DNA of 64,000 nt from Mobula birostris (Eukaryota). Below, piece by piece: positions 1 to 14,500 of the stretch. The position numbers and the translations under genes are program-made. A model generated the notes under the pieces. It saw only the letters and a program-made list of their open reading frames with translations. It did not search any database and was not told the DNA's origin. The number at the start of each line of letters is the position of its first letter. The first letter of the stretch is position 1. The DNA lies in the NCBI RefSeq assembly GCF_030028105.1, contig NC_092379.1, positions 23,553,821-23,617,820 of the forward strand, in the 5' to 3' direction.

Positions 1-339
1 GGATACAGGAAGAATAATTTCCTCCAGCTCCAGCTGAGGAATCCCAGTCCCGGGTTAAGGGTTCAGCCATGATGTGCAAGAGGACAGGAAGGAAATCACC
101 CTTAGAGAGGGTGAGTGTTTGGAATTCTCCCAAAGCTCAACCCTGTGGAGTTATTGAGTTCATTTAGGACAGGAACTGAGAGAAGTTCTGGATATTCTGG
201 GAATGAGACGATAATAACAGAAAGAGGAGCAGGTCATTCAGAGCCTCGTGTCTGTAATACAGGGACAAGATCCAGACACAGCTCTCCACCAACAACACAC
301 GCAGCTTATGATAAACACTGTACACCATCGCAGACTTCA

Positions 340-2975
340 AAGCTAAATGCAGTGGTTTCCAACATTAATACCTCTCTCCCAGATGAGATAAATCATTTTT
401 ACACCAATTTGATGTCGCCAACGCTGAGCCCTGGAGGAGACCTGCAGATGATGCGACGGCAGCTTGGTCATCTCTGAGACTGAAGTACATAGGTGCTTCC
501 AATGGGTGGACAGTCGCAAGGCTGCAGGACCGGACAGCATTCCAAGGTGGGTACTCACGATGTGCACGGCACAACTAGCAGGTGTGTTTACTGTTACGTA
601 CCCCGTAACTGGGTTGCCAAACCAGCAGAAATGGATCACTCAGTTGGAGTCTGGATTACTAGAACTAAGAAAGTTTTATTAAAGAAACAAGCAACACAGT
701 AATCGAAAGAATAATAAATGCAACAGTTCAGCAATGATAAACACACATGTACACAGAATTAAGAGAACAGGATCAATCAAGCTCTATCGTTGTCTAGGGG
801 TAAATGACCAATTTCAAAGTGATACAAAGTCCAGTTCAATTTAGTTCAGTTCGCAGAAATCGTTGCCATGGCGATGGACAACGTGGGGGAGGGGAGGGAG
901 AGAGAGAACGAGAACGACTGATCATTCAGAACGGCTTCCACTCACAGACCGGCGATATTGCTTGCAAGCACTTTCGGGCGAGTCCTTTGTGATGTCACCT
1001 GGGGTCACCGACTGTGACCCCTCCTCCAGATGCGGTCGATCCTCTGCAGTGAACCCGGCACCCAAGCAAGGGCGGACACACACTGGGTTCCCGCTGATCG
1101 TACTTTTCCACCCTGTGCGTTTGTGGCCCGGTACTTCCCACCGACTCGTGAGAGGCGCACCGCTTCCAGGGTCTCGTTACCTCGCGTGTCGTGTGTGTGT
1201 CCTGCCTTAGCGAACCTGTCCTTTTTTATCCCCCTGCTGGGGTATCGCCTGTCCATCACTTCAAACAGTTCAGGGTTCAAAGGGGGAGCCGCTCTAGACA
1301 GCTCTCTCTCCCGTCCCTTCATTACACATCTCCAGATCGCCTGTTCATCACTTCAAACAGTTCAGGGTTCAAAGGGGGAGCCGATCTTGACAATACCCAG
1401 ACTGATGGCTCCTTCATTAACACCTCCAAATGCTGCTTCATTGCTCCTTATCTCTCCCTCCCCTGAGGACAGGTGGCAGACCAACTGCTGATGCCACTGG
1501 TGCTATCCCAGGCCAGCAAACATCTTAATTTATGTGTATTCTCGTCACATTACAGACATTTTTAATCTCTCCCTCTCCCAGTGTAACGTGCCCTCCTGCT
1601 TCAAAACATTCACCACTGTTCCTGTAGCTAAAAAGACCAAGCTAACATGTCTGAATGACTGGAGTCCTGTCGCACTCACCTCAATAATAAACAAATGCTT
1701 TGAGAGGCTGGTCAAGGACTATATCTGCAACATGCTGCCACCCACACTGGACCCTCTACAAATCGCCTACTGACAAAACCGACAGACAGATGATGCAATA
1801 GCCACAGCTCCTCGCACTGCCCTTACACATCTGGAGAAGAAGGATGCTTATGTGAGACTGCTGTTCTTGGACTACAGTTCAGCATTCAACACCATAATTC
1901 ACTCCAGGCTTGACAAGAAGCTCAGAGACATCGACCTTCACCCTGCCTTGTCTAGGAGGGTCCTGGACTTCTTGTCAGATCGCCGGCAGGAGGCAAGAGT
2001 GGGCTTACTCACCTCTGAACCTCTGATCCTCAACACAGGTGCCCCTCAGGGCTGTGTCCTAAGACCCCTCCTTTACTCTCTTTATAGCTATGACTGTGTC
2101 GCCACCCATAGCCCCAATCTGCTAAATAAATTTGCTGATGATACGACACTGATTGGCCTAATCTCAAATAATAATGAGGCAGCCTACAGATAAGAAGTCA
2201 TCATCTTGACACAGTGGTGTCGAGAAAACAACCTATCCCTCAATGCAGCAAAAACAAAGGAGCTGGTCGTGGACTGCAGGAGGAATGGAGACAGGCTAAC
2301 CCCTATTGACATCAATTGATCTAGGGTTGAGAGAGTAAGCAGCTTCAAGTTCCTCGGCATAGACATCACTGAGGATCTCACGTAGTTTGTACATACCGGC
2401 TGTGTGGTGAAAAAGGCACAGAAGCACCTCTTTCACGTCAGATGGTTGAAGCAGTTTGGTATGTGCCCCCAAATCCTAAGAATTTTCTACAGGGGCACAA
2501 TTGAGAGCATCCTGACTGACTGCATCACTGCCTGATATGGAAACTGTACTTCCCTGAATCGCGGGACTCTGCAGAGTGTGGTGCAGACAGCCCAGAGCAT
2601 CTGTAGATGTGAACTTCCCACTATTCAGGACATATACAAAGACAGGTGTGTAAAAAGGGCCCGAAGGATCACTGGGGACCCGAGTCACCCCAACCACAAA
2701 CTGTTTTAGCTGCTACCATCCAGGAAATGGTCCCACAGCATAAAAGCCAGGACTAAAATGCTTCAGGACAGCTTCTTCCACCAGGCCATCAGATTAATTA
2801 ATTGATGCTGATACAATTGTATTTTATGTTATATTGACTGTCCTGTTGTACATACTATTTATTATAAATTACTATAAATTGCACATTGCACAATTAGACG
2901 GAAACGTAATGTAAAGATTTTTATGTGCCATGTATATGAAGGATGTGAGTAATAAAGTCAAGTCAAGTCAATTCA
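340..2975 (+). mobile_element. Decayed Rex1/Babar-type non-LTR retrotransposon (RT), split by a solo LTR
   Basis: SLPDEINHFY, KAAGPDSIP..CTAQLAGVF|TDIFNLSL, GAPQGCVL.PLLYSLY and KFADDT motifs with stops; aataaa plus (caagt)n tail at ~2950. Confidence 0.85.
592..1549 (-). mobile_element. Solo LTR (Gypsy-like, 958 bp)
   Basis: Starts TGTTACG and ends CGTCACA; 4-bp TSD ttac (588-591, 1550-1553). The LINE frame rejoins across it. AATAAA on the minus strand at ~675. Confidence 0.85.
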
Positions 2976-4329
2976 TTCAGGTAGATCCTGACTGATCTCC
3001 TAGCTCAGACTCATAGCGTTCTGTGTTTGATATTTCAGTATTTGTGTAATGTTGTAAATATATAGTTTGAGTAAGCATTTTTCTTTAAGTAATTCGTTAC
3101 GGTTATATGTATAAATATGACAATTACATAGGTCATCACTCTACCACATGATAATGGCACCCCTCACTTAAAGTAAATACCAAATTAGACTCACATTTCA
3201 GACTCCCATGTCCTCCTTTGAATTAATGTGATGTTTTAAAGTTACAAAACATAACACATGGCGAACAGTACAGCATAGCCAGCAGTGTCTGTGCTGATAT
3301 CATGTCAGTCGAACTAATTCCACCTCCCTACATATAACCTGCATCCCTCCATTCCTGCCTGCTCAGGCATCTAACAGCCTCTTAAACACTACCATTCCAT
3401 CTGCTTTCACCACCACCAGCACTGTCAGCTTGTTCCAGGCACCCACAATTGCGTGTGAGACAAGAACTTGCCCTGCAAATCTCCCTTAAACTCTTCCTCT
3501 CACCTCAATCCTCTTCCTTCTTGCATTAGACATTTCTATTCTGGGATAATGACTCTGACCGTCCACTGCAAACTTATCAACCTGTGAGGTCTTTCCTCAG
3601 TCTCTGCTGCATCTGAGAGAACAATCAAGTTTTGACCAAATTCTTTTTGCAGCTTACGTCCTCTAATTCCGGCAGCATCCTGATGACATTTTGGCACCCT
3701 CTCCAAAGCCTCCACATCCTTCCTGTAATGGGGCAAACAGCACTGCACACCACACTCGGAAACTTCTGGCTGCAGTCAGCTGTCTGCGCTCTGTTTGTGC
3801 TACCTAACTCCTTAATCTCTGCATGGAAAGCTGTTCAGGGTGAAGTACCTTACACTTCCCTGGAATGCAGGAAAATAAGGAGAGGGGAGATCTCATGGAG
3901 GTGTGTGAAATTATGGGAGTTATAGGTAAGATGAATGCATGCAGACTTTCCCCCCTCAGGTTGGGTGAGATTAGAGCTAGAGGTCATAGGTTATGGCAAT
4001 ATATTAAAGGAAAATCTGCTGGGGAACTTCACATTGTAAGTGGTGTAAGTGTAGAATCAGCTGCCAGTGGAAGTGGTGGATATGGGTTTAATTGCAACAT
4101 TTAAGAGAAGTTTGGAGATGTACATGGATGAGAAGGGTAGAGAGGGCTATGGTCCAGGCGTCGGTAGATGGGACTAGGTAGAAGATTAAGTCAGCATGGA
4201 CTAGATGGGCTGAAGGACTTGCTTCTGTGCTGTAGTACTCTATAACTCTGACTTCACATTTGTAAAGTTCCACTGACCATTACCTGACCTGAGTTTCTTC
4301 AGTATTCTGAGTATGTTTCAGGAGGACCA

Positions 4330-5030
4330 GGAATCCACCACAGAAACTCCAAGTATGGGATGGACTGCAGATTTGGTGCAGAACCACTAAGAGGCAGCAC
4401 TGCACTGTTAGTCAACAGCACAGAGACAGAAGGAAATGTGAGGTAGAGTGCAGATTTGGTACAGACTCACTAGGTGGGACTACTAGACTAGTCACCCTAC
4501 ATAGAGCTCCACAGAAAATGTGGAGTAGCTGCTCTGGTGCAGACTCACTATGAGGCACTGCAAGACCATCGATCCATCACAGGGACAGTGGCAATTGTGG
4601 GGGTGGTTCATTCACTACAGCCTCACTAGGAGGCACTGCAAAACTGCAGATTCACTACAAAGCTGGTAGGAAGTGTTGGGTTTATGGTCTGGTGCAGACT
4701 CACTAGGAGGCGCTGCAAGACCACAGATCCACCACAGAGGCAATGGGAAGTGTGGGGTCGTTCATCCACTGCAGACTCATTAGGAGGCACTGCAAGATCA
4801 CAGAGCCACCACAGAGACGGTGGTAAATGTGGGGTAGTTCGTCCACTGCAGGCTCACTAGGAGACACTGCAAGACCATTTATCTGCTACAGAGACCGGGG
4901 AAGTGTGGGTTATTTAGTCTGGCACAGATTCATTAGGAGGCACTGCAAGACCACCGATCCACGACTGATACAGTGGGAAGTGTGGAGTAGACAGTTGATA
5001 TGGAGCAGACTCTCTCGGAGGTTGTGCTGG
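4330..5030. repeat. Degenerate ~60-bp minisatellite
   Basis: Recurrent gcagactcactaggaggcactgcaagaccacagatccaccacagagacagtgggaagtgtggggt units. Confidence 0.8.
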
Positions 5031-5384
5031 ACCGCAGAGTGGAGGCTGTCTGTGGCCAAACCTCCATCACTTTCCCATCTTCCTGACCCATGTCCCAAAG
5101 GGACTTTGCACTTTGACCGGTACTGAGAGTGACCAGGGAGATGACAGGTGAGAGCTGGGGGAGTCACACTGACCTTCAGGGGGATTACAGGCAACATGGG
5201 CAGTTAGCATTTTTGCTTTCACTCACATTTTGATTTAGACTAGAGTAAGTCTTCCTGCAGGCAGGAAGGAATGGAGGAAAGGTCACACTGCAATTCTATA
5301 AAATCTGAACACTGCAGGCTTTCTTCAATGTCTGTGGGAAGGTTTAATGTTGTGCCTTGGGGAGTAGATGGTGGGGATTATCAA

Positions 5385-7630
5385 CTTAGGTGACAGAAAT
5401 TTGTGTAGGAGAACACGTTACACCTAGGGATCATAATGCCACTGGTTTAAAGGTAAATATGGAGAAAGATAGATCTAGTCCACGGGTTGAGATTCTAAAT
5501 TGGAGAAAGGCCAATTCTGATGGTATCAGAAAGGATCTGGCAAGAGTGGTTTAGGACAAGCTGTTTTATGGCAAAGGCATATTTGATAAGCGGGAGGCCT
5601 TCAAAAGTGAAATTTTGAGAGTACAAAGCTTGTATGTGCCTGTCAGAATAAAAGGTAAAGATAACAAGCGTAGGGAACCTTGGAATTCAAGAAACATTGA
5701 GACCCTAGTTAAGAAAGAAAAGGGAGGTGCATAGCAGGCATAGGCAGATAGGAACAACTGAAGTGAATGCAAGGGAACAGTTAAGAAAGAAATCAGAAGG
5801 GCGAAGTGAAGGCATGAAGTTGCACTATCAGACAAGATGAAGGAGGATCCTAAGGGATTCTACAGATATGCTCAGAGCAAAGGGATTGCAAGGGACAAAA
5901 TAGGTCCTTTGCAAGATCAGAATGATAATCCATGCATGGAGCCAAAAAAGGGAGAACTTAAATGCATTTCTTTGCATCTGTACTTACTCAAGAGATGGGC
6001 GCAGAGACCAGAGAAGTCAGGCAAAGAGACATTGACTTCATGGACCCTATACAGATTATAGAGGAGAAGGTGTTTGCAGTCTTGAGGCAAATTAGGGTGG
6101 ATAAATTCCCAGGGTCTGGCAAGGGGTTCCCTTGGATGCTGTGGGAGGCAAGTGCAGAAAATGCAGGGACCCTAGCAGAAATACTTAAACCATTTGTAGC
6201 TTCAGGTGAGGTGTTGGAGGATTGGAGGATAGCTAATGTTTTTCCTTTGTTTAAGAAAGGCTCTAAAAATTAAACGAGGAAATTATTAGCCAGTGAGCTT
6301 GACATCAGTAGTGGGAACACTGAAGGTACTCTACGAGACTGGATATATGAGTATTTGGATAGACATGAACTGATTCGAGATAGTCAGCATGGCTTGGTGT
6401 GTGGTAGGTTGTGTTTACCTAATCTTATAGAGTTTTTTGAGAAAGTTACTAGGAAAGTTGATGAAGGAAAGGCAGTGAATGTTATTTACAAGGCCGTACA
6501 CAAGGACTCGATGGGAGGTTCATTCGCTTGGTATTCAAGACAAGGTAGTAAATTAGATTAGTCATTGGCTTTGTGGGAGAAGCTAGAAAGTGGTAGTAGA
6601 TGGATGCCTCTCTGACTGAAGACCTGTGATTAGTGGATTGCAACAGAGATTGGTGCTGGACCCATCGTTGTTTGTCATCTGTATGAATGATCTGGATGGA
6701 AATTTGGTTAACTGGGGATCAGCAAATTACGCAGATGATATTAAGTTTGGGGGTGTAGTGGACAGCAAGGAGGACTATCAGAACTTGCAGCAGGATCTGA
6801 ACCAGCTGGAAAATGGACTGAAAAATAGCAGATGTATTTAATGCAGATAAATGTGAGGTGTTGCACATCTGTACGACCAACTGGGGTAGGTCTTACATGA
6901 TGAATGGTAAAGCACTGAGGAGTGCTGTAGAACAAAGGCATCTGGGAATATGGGTCCATGATTCATTGAGAGTGGTGTTACAGGGAGATTGGTTTGTAAA
7001 GAAAACCTTTGGCACTTTGGCCTTCATAGATTAAAGTCCTGAGTAGAGGAGATGGATGTTATTTTGTAGTTGTATAAGACATCAGTGAGGCATAAATTGG
7101 ACTATCATTTGCAGTTTTTGTCATCTGCCTACAGGAAAGATGTAAATAAGGGTGAAAGAGTGCAGAGAAAATTTACAAGAATATTGCCAGGACTGGAAGA
7201 CCTGGGTTATAAGGAAAGATTGAATAGGTTAGGACTTTATTCCTTGGAGTACAGGAAACTGAAGGGAGATTTGATAGAGGTATATAAAGTTATGAGGAGT
7301 ATAGATAGGGTAAATGGAAACAGACTTTTCCCACTAAGATTGGGTTCTGACTACAACCAGAGGTTATGGTTTAATGGTGAAAGGTGAAAAGTTTAAAGGG
7401 AACATGAGAGGAAGCTTTTTCACTTAGAGAGTCATGAGAGTGTCCAATGAGCTGTCGGCCCAAGTGGTGTATGCCAGTTCAATTTCAAATGTTCAGAGAA
7501 GTTTGGAGAGGTACATGGATGGCAAGTGTATGGATGTCTATGGTCTCGGTACAGGTCAATGGGAGTATGCAGTTTAAATGTTTCTGCATTGACTAGATGG
7601 GCCGAAAGGGCCTGTTTCTGTGACTCTATT
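5385..7630 (+). mobile_element. CR1-clade LINE, decayed ORF2 and 3' end
   Basis: DSQHGLVCGRLCLPNLIEFFEKVT, YADDIKFGG and RVQRKFTRILPGL..LGYKERLNRLGLYSLE motifs; boundaries approximate. Confidence 0.85.
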
Positions 7631-7779
7631 AAACGTGAACTGTGCACCCCATCCACAGATACTGCCTGTCTTGTTGGGTATTTCCATGATTGTTTCTGGC
7701 ATCTGAAGAGGCCAGTTGGCCCATTGTGCTAATTCCTGCTCACAGAGCAATTGCTCCTGTAACCTACCCACATACATAG

Positions 7780-10700
7780 AACATAGAACAGTAGCTCATA
7801 ATGTTGTGCCAAGCCATTTAAATTAGCAATCGAATGGCCAACTCAACTAATTTAATTCTGCCTCACAATGTCCATATCCTTCCATTTTCTTCATATTCAT
7901 ATACTCATCTCAACGTCTCTTAAAAGTATCTAATGTATCTGTCTGTACCATTACCCCAGGCAGCACATACCAGGCAACCACCACTCTCAGTCTGTAAAAA
8001 AAAAACAATCCCCTCACATCTCCTTTGAAATTATCTCCTCTCACCTTAAATGTTTGCCCACCAGTATTAGATATTTCAATCCTGGGAAGAAGATACTGCC
8101 CTCTATTCTATCTATGCCACTCATAATCTTGTAAACCTCTGTCAGATCTCTCAGCCTCCACCACTTCAGAGAAAACAGCCAATGCTTGTCCAACCTTTTG
8201 CTAGGTCATGCCTTGGCGCATCCTGCTTAAACCCCTTCTGCACTCTGCTCAAAGACACAACGTCCTCCCTATGATGGAGTGACCAGAACTGAACGCAGTA
8301 TTCTAGATACAGCTAACTGGAGTTTTGCAAAGCTGCAACATAACTTCCTGACTTTTGAACTCAATGCTTTGACTAATAAAGGCAAGCATGCCATATGTCT
8401 ACTTAACCATCCTATCTATCTACGTAGCAACTTTTAAGTAGCTAGGAACTTGAAGCCCAAGATCCCTCTCCACATCAATATTGTTAGGGGTCTTGCTCTG
8501 AACAGTGTACTGTCTCTTTACATTTGTCCTACCAGAGTGCAACACTTAACGTTTGGGTGGGTTAAACTCTATCTCCCATTTCTCTGCCCATATCTGCAAC
8601 TGAATTCTTTGCCAGTCACCTATGTTATCCAGAACATCACTAATCTTCTTATCACCTTCAAGCTTACTAACTCACCCATCTACATTTTTATACAGGTCAT
8701 TTATATATGTCACAAGCAGCAGAGGTACAGATCTAGCACAGATCCCTGCAGAATACCATTCATCACATGCCTCCAGCTAGAATTATTCTCTTTGACTATT
8801 ACCCACTTTTTTAATGCGCAATTTGGTTCTGAATTCAAATGACCAACTGATCATGAATCCTATGTTTTTAAATAAACTGGATGTGCCTCCAATGAGTGAT
8901 CTTGTAGACAATATCCACAGTTCTATCTTCACCATACACCCTTGTCACCTCATCAAAAAACTCAATCAAGTTAGTAAGACCCAACTTACACAACACAAAA
9001 CCACCTGGCTTTCCCTAATTCGGCCATAGTTTTCCAAATGTTCACAAATCCTCTCCCTAAGAATTCCCTCCAGTCATATCCCTGCCACAGACATGAGATT
9101 CACTGGTCTATACTTTCCAGGAATATTCCTGTTCCCCCTCCTGAATAAAGGAACAAGATTAGCTACTCACCATTCCTCTGGGACCTCACCTGTGGCTAGA
9201 GAGGACACAGAGATATTGTTCAAGGCCCTTGCCTCTCTCAATAACCTAGGGTATGTCCCACTGAGCAGTGGGGACTTATCCACCTTAATGCTTTTTAAGA
9301 GACCCAACACTACCTCCTCTTTTACACTGAAATAGCCTGGCATAGCAATATGCTCAGGACAGATATCTCCATACTCCAAGTACTTGTCCTTTGTAAATAC
9401 TGATGTAAGGCACTCATTAAGAAGATTCCAAAAATACTCTGCATCCAAGTAAATGTTCTCCCCTTTATCCTTGTCATTGTCCTACCCTGTCTCTAGTATC
9501 ACCTTCCTCTTGATATATGCACTGAATGACTTGGGATTCTCCTTAATCCTACTTGCCAAAGGACTTTTCATGGCCCCTCCTGGCTTTCCTAATTCCCTTC
9601 CTGAATTCTTTTTCTGACTTTCTTATACTCCTCAAAGGTTCTGTTTGATTTCTTCACCACTAAAGTCATCACTTCGCTCGACAACCGAGGTTCTCTTACC
9701 TTGCCATCATTGACCTTCCTTCTGACTGCAACACACTTGTCCTGTGTGCAGTTGGTTTTTGAACACCCTCCACATGTCAGATGTTGACTTACCCAAGAAC
9801 AGTTGTTCCCAATTAACTCTCCCTAGTCCTTGCTTAATGCTCTCAAAATTTGCACTGTTCCAATTTAATACTCTCCCACAAGGTCCACCCTTATCGTTAT
9901 CTATAGCTATCTTAAAACTTAAGGAGTTATGGTTACTGCTCCTTAACTGCTCAACCACCTCAGTCTCCTGTCCAGGATCATAACCTAACACCAGGTCCAG
10001 TACACAGCCTCATATTGTTGAACTAACTACGTATTGATTTTAAGAAACTCACCTCAATGCATCTAACAGATTTTGTCCCATCTAAACCCTTCGTACTAAG
10101 AAGATCTCAGTTTATATCAGGCAAGTTGAAGTTCCCCATGGCAATAACCTTATTGCTTTTGCTCATTTCCTTAACGTGCTTGCATAGCTGTTCTTCAGTG
10201 TCCCAGTATCTATTGGGGTGGGGGAGGCAAACTCTGTAGTACAATCCCGTTAGAGTGATCACACCTTTCCTTTTTTTTGAGTTCTACCTTGGGAGCTATG
10301 ATAGCTTAGCAGTTACCATGATGCTATCACAGCTTGGGATGTTAGAGTTCAGTGTTCAATTCCGGCAGCACCTATAGAGTCTCTCTATGTCCACTCCAGG
10401 GAGCATGTGGGTTTTCCAAGAGCGCTTCATTTTGCTCCCCCAGTCCAATGACCTACCGTTAATTGTTCATTGCAAAGTATCCCGTGATTAGGTTATGGTT
10501 AAATCGGGGCTATTGCGGATTCCTGGGGTAGGGCAGTTTAAAGAGCTGGAAGGGCCTATTCCACACTGTATCACAAAATACATGATAAACAAAATACTGA
10601 CTTAGTGAATGAGATCTCCATTATGTCCCCTCTGAGTGCATCTGTTGTATTGTTTCCTGGTTAGTAGTGCAACTCTGCATCCCTTCTTTTACCTCCCTCT

Positions 10701-10960
10701 CTGTCTTTTCTAAAACTTCAAACCCTGGAATATTAAACATCCATTCCTATCCCTCTCTCGAACAAGCCTCTGTAATGTTCTCAGCATCATAGTTCCATGT
10801 TCCATGATCCATGCTCTAAGTTCATCACCCTTACCCATAATACTCCTGGTATTAAAATTCACACTCTTCAAACTATCCATCCCATCGTATCTATTACTTT
10901 GCTTCTGCCTGTTACTTAGGTCCTGACATCTACAGTTGATACACTCCCCGGTACCCTCTG
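7780..10960 (-). mobile_element. CR1-clade LINE fragments (RT and endonuclease), decayed
   Basis: Minus-strand FTSVFTKD, IKVDKSP, SNHNSLSF and NFNTRSIMGKGDELRAWI motifs; interrupted by a SINE at ~10290-10585. Confidence 0.8.
10291..10585 (+). mobile_element. tRNA-derived SINE (elasmobranch HE1-like)
   Basis: A-box-like tagcttagcagtt, B-box gttcaattcc, CR1-like 3' tail. Related reverse copies at ~11170-11340, 44520-44670, 50590-50760, 56400-56580 and 61130-61290. Confidence 0.6.
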
Positions 10961-11589
10961 TAGATACTGACACACTTCGTAAGAACTGATGTTAATACTA
11001 ACACATTCCGTGTTAGCCCATGTAAATATAGACACACTGCTGGTCACCCTTGGTAAATAGTGACACTCTCTCTACAGTCTGCACATCAAGGCCAGTTCAA
11101 CAATCTAACTCCCATTTAAACTAGTCCCTTTGGCATGTTTCCAGGATCCCACCAGTTCCTATAGATTCTAACCTTCACACACACCCGAAGCTCAGCTCAT
11201 GGGTTGTGGGAAGAAACAGGAGTACCTGGTGGAAGCCCAGCAGGTCATAGAGAGAATGTGTAAACTCCACGCTGATATTGCTGAGGATTGGGATCAAACC
11301 TGGACTTCTGGAGCATTGAAGTCGTGTCTTGTCGCTGGATTAATGTTTGAGGATCAAACTGATCATATCCCTCAGGTCACAGTTTATAGGGGGCCCTGGG
11401 AGTGTGTCAGTAGATACAGGAGTTTCTGGAGAGGGTGTCAATGTCTATAGCGCACACTGGAGAGTGTGTCTGTATTTTATGTATGTCAGTGCGGCTATCA
11501 GGAAGACAGATGACAGGGCAAAATTGCAGCCAGTGGGATGAGTTGCGGTGTAAAATGGGGAAAAATTGAAAAGTATGACAAATACAGAA

Positions 11590-14500
11590 CAAAAGGTGAT
11601 TTATTTGTATGCACACAGTATATGGAATTAGGTAGATGATCTTGCAGCACATTTAGAGATTGGTACAGTAGGTATGATGTTGTGGGCATCACTGAGTCGT
11701 GACTGAAAGAAGATCATAGCAGGGAGCTTAAAATCCAAGGATACACATTGTTTTGAAAGGACAGACAGGTAGGCAGAAGGGGAGGGGTGGTTTATTTGGT
11801 AAAAACATGAAATCAAATCCTTAGAAAGAGGTGACATGCAGAATCCTTGTGGGCTGAGGTAAGAAAATACGGGTGTAAAAAGATCCTGATGCAGGCCAGA
11901 ATGTGGCAGGTAGATTGAGAAAATCAGATTGTTACTGGATCCGAAGAGAGAGAATTTGCAGAACGCCTATGAGATGGCTTTTTAGAGCAGCTTGTGGTTG
12001 AGCCCATTTGGGGGAAGATTATTCTGGATTGGGTGTTGCGTAATGAACTGGATTTGATTAGGCAGCCGAAGGTAAAGGAACCCTTTGGAGGCAGTGATCA
12101 TAATTTGACAGACTTCACCCTGCAGTTTGAGAGGGAGAAGCTAAAGTCAGATATAACAATATTACAGCGGAGTAAAGGGAATTGCAGGGGCATGAGAGAG
12201 GAGCTGGCCAAAGCTGATTGGAAGGGGACACTAGTCGGGATAATGGCAGACGAGCAATGGTTGGCATTTCTGGGAGTAGTTTACAGGATAGATACGTCCC
12301 AAGAAGATAAAGTATTCTAAAGGCAGGATGATGCATGTATGCTGACAAGGGAAGTCAAAAACAACATAAAAACCAAAGGCAGGGCATATAATTGAGCAAA
12401 AATGAGTGGGAAGTTAGAGGATTGGGAAACTTTTAAAAATGTGGAAGGCAACTAAAAAGCCATAAGGATGGAAAAGATGGAATATGAAGGTAAGCTAGCC
12501 TATTATCTCAAAGAGGATACTGAAACTTATTCATATAGATAAAGAGTAGATATTGGGCTACTGGAAAATGACGCTGGAGATGTAGTAAAGGGGGCGAAGG
12601 AAATGAAAGATGAATTAAATAAGTATTTTGCATCCACCTTCATTGGAAGACACTAAAAGTATGCCAGAAGTTCGAGAGTGTCATCAGGCAGAAGAGAGTG
12701 CAATTGCTATTACTAGGGATAAAGGTGCTTTGGAAGCTGAAAGGTCTGAAGGTAGATAAATCACCTGGACCAGATGAACTACACCCAGGGTGCTGAAAGA
12801 GATAGCCGAAGAGAGTGTGGAGCTATTAAAATAATCTTTCAAGAATCACTTGATTCTGGCATGGTTCCGGACAACCGGAACAGTGCAAATGTGACTCCAC
12901 TCATTAAGAGGGAGAGAGGCAGAAAAATTAAATTATTCGTCGAGCACCTCCACTTGGTCCGCCACAACAGACGGGATCTCCCGGTAGCCACCAACTTCAA
13001 CTCTGCTTCCCGTTCCCATTCAGATATGTCCATACATGGCCTCCTCTACTGCAATGATGAGGCTAAACTCAGGTTGGAGGAGCAACACCTCATATACCGT
13101 CTAGGTAGTCTCCAGCCCCTTGGTATGAACATAGAATTCTCCAACTTCCGGTAATTCCCCCCCCCTCTTCCTCTATTCCTATTTCACTCTACTCCCTCCC
13201 CCAGCTCCCTCATGGTTCCACCTCCTTCTTCTCCAACCCATTGTTTGCAGGGCTATGACGTCAATGCTTCCCCTCCCCTACCCCTTTGTCTTTCAAATTA
13301 CTGGTCTTTCAACTGAAGCTACAAGCATTCTTCAAATCCTTCCCATCTTTCATTCTTCAGTCCTGACGAAGGGTTCCGGCCCGAAACATTGACTCATCAT
13401 TTCTGACTGATGCTGCCTGACTTGCTGAGTTCATCCAGCGTTCTGAAAGTGTTGCTTTGATCTCTTACAGCATCTGCAGATTATTTTGTGTTTGTAGTGA
13501 ATTATAGGCCAGTTAGCCTAACCTCAGAGGTTGGGAAAATATTGGAGTCAATTATTAAGGCTGAGGTCTCAAGGTACTTGGAGATAAGTGATAAAATAGG
13601 CAAAAGTCAGCATGGTTTCCTTAAGGGAAAATCTTGCTTGAAAAATCTGTTGGAATCCATTGTGGAAATGGCAGGCAGGACAGGTGAAGGAGGATTGGTG
13701 GATGTTACATACTTAGATTTCCAGAAAGCCTTAGACAAGGTACTGCTCACGAGACTGTTTACCAAGATAAGAGACCATTGTATTAGAGGAAAGATAGTAG
13801 CATGGACAGAGGATTGACTGACTGGTAGGAGGCAAACTGTGAGAATAAATAGAATCTTTTATGGATGATATGTCCATGACTAGTCAGTGACTAGTGTTGT
13901 TCTGCAGGAGTCACTGTTGGGACCACTTCTTCTTATGTTACATGTCAACGATTTGGATGATGGAATTCATGGTTTTGTGGCCAAGTTTGTGGCCGATATG
14001 AAGACAGATGGAGGAGCAAGTTGTGTTAATGAAGCAGGGAGGCTGCAGAAGGACTTAGACAGATTAGGAGAATGAGCAAAGAAGTGACAGATGGAACAGA
14101 GTACTGGGAAGTATATGGTCATACATTTTGGTTGGAGAAACCAAAGTGTAGACTATTTTCTAAATAAGCAGAAAATTAAAACATTCTGAGGTGCAAAGGA
14201 ACTTGGGAATCTTCATGCAGAGTTCCCTAAAGGGTAATCTGTAGGTTGAATCAAAGGTGAGGAAGGCAAATGCAATGTTAGCATTTATTTTGAGAGGACT
14301 AGAATATAAAACCAAAGATGTAATGCTTAGGTTTTATAAGGACTGGTGAGGCCTCACTTGGAATACTATGAGCGGTCTTGGGCATTTCATTTAAGAAAGG
14401 GTGTGCTGTATTGGAGAGGGTTCAGAGGGGGTTAACAAGAATGTTTCTAGGAATGAAACGGCTCTGGCTCCTCATGCTTTTTCCCAGTGTTGATGAAGGG

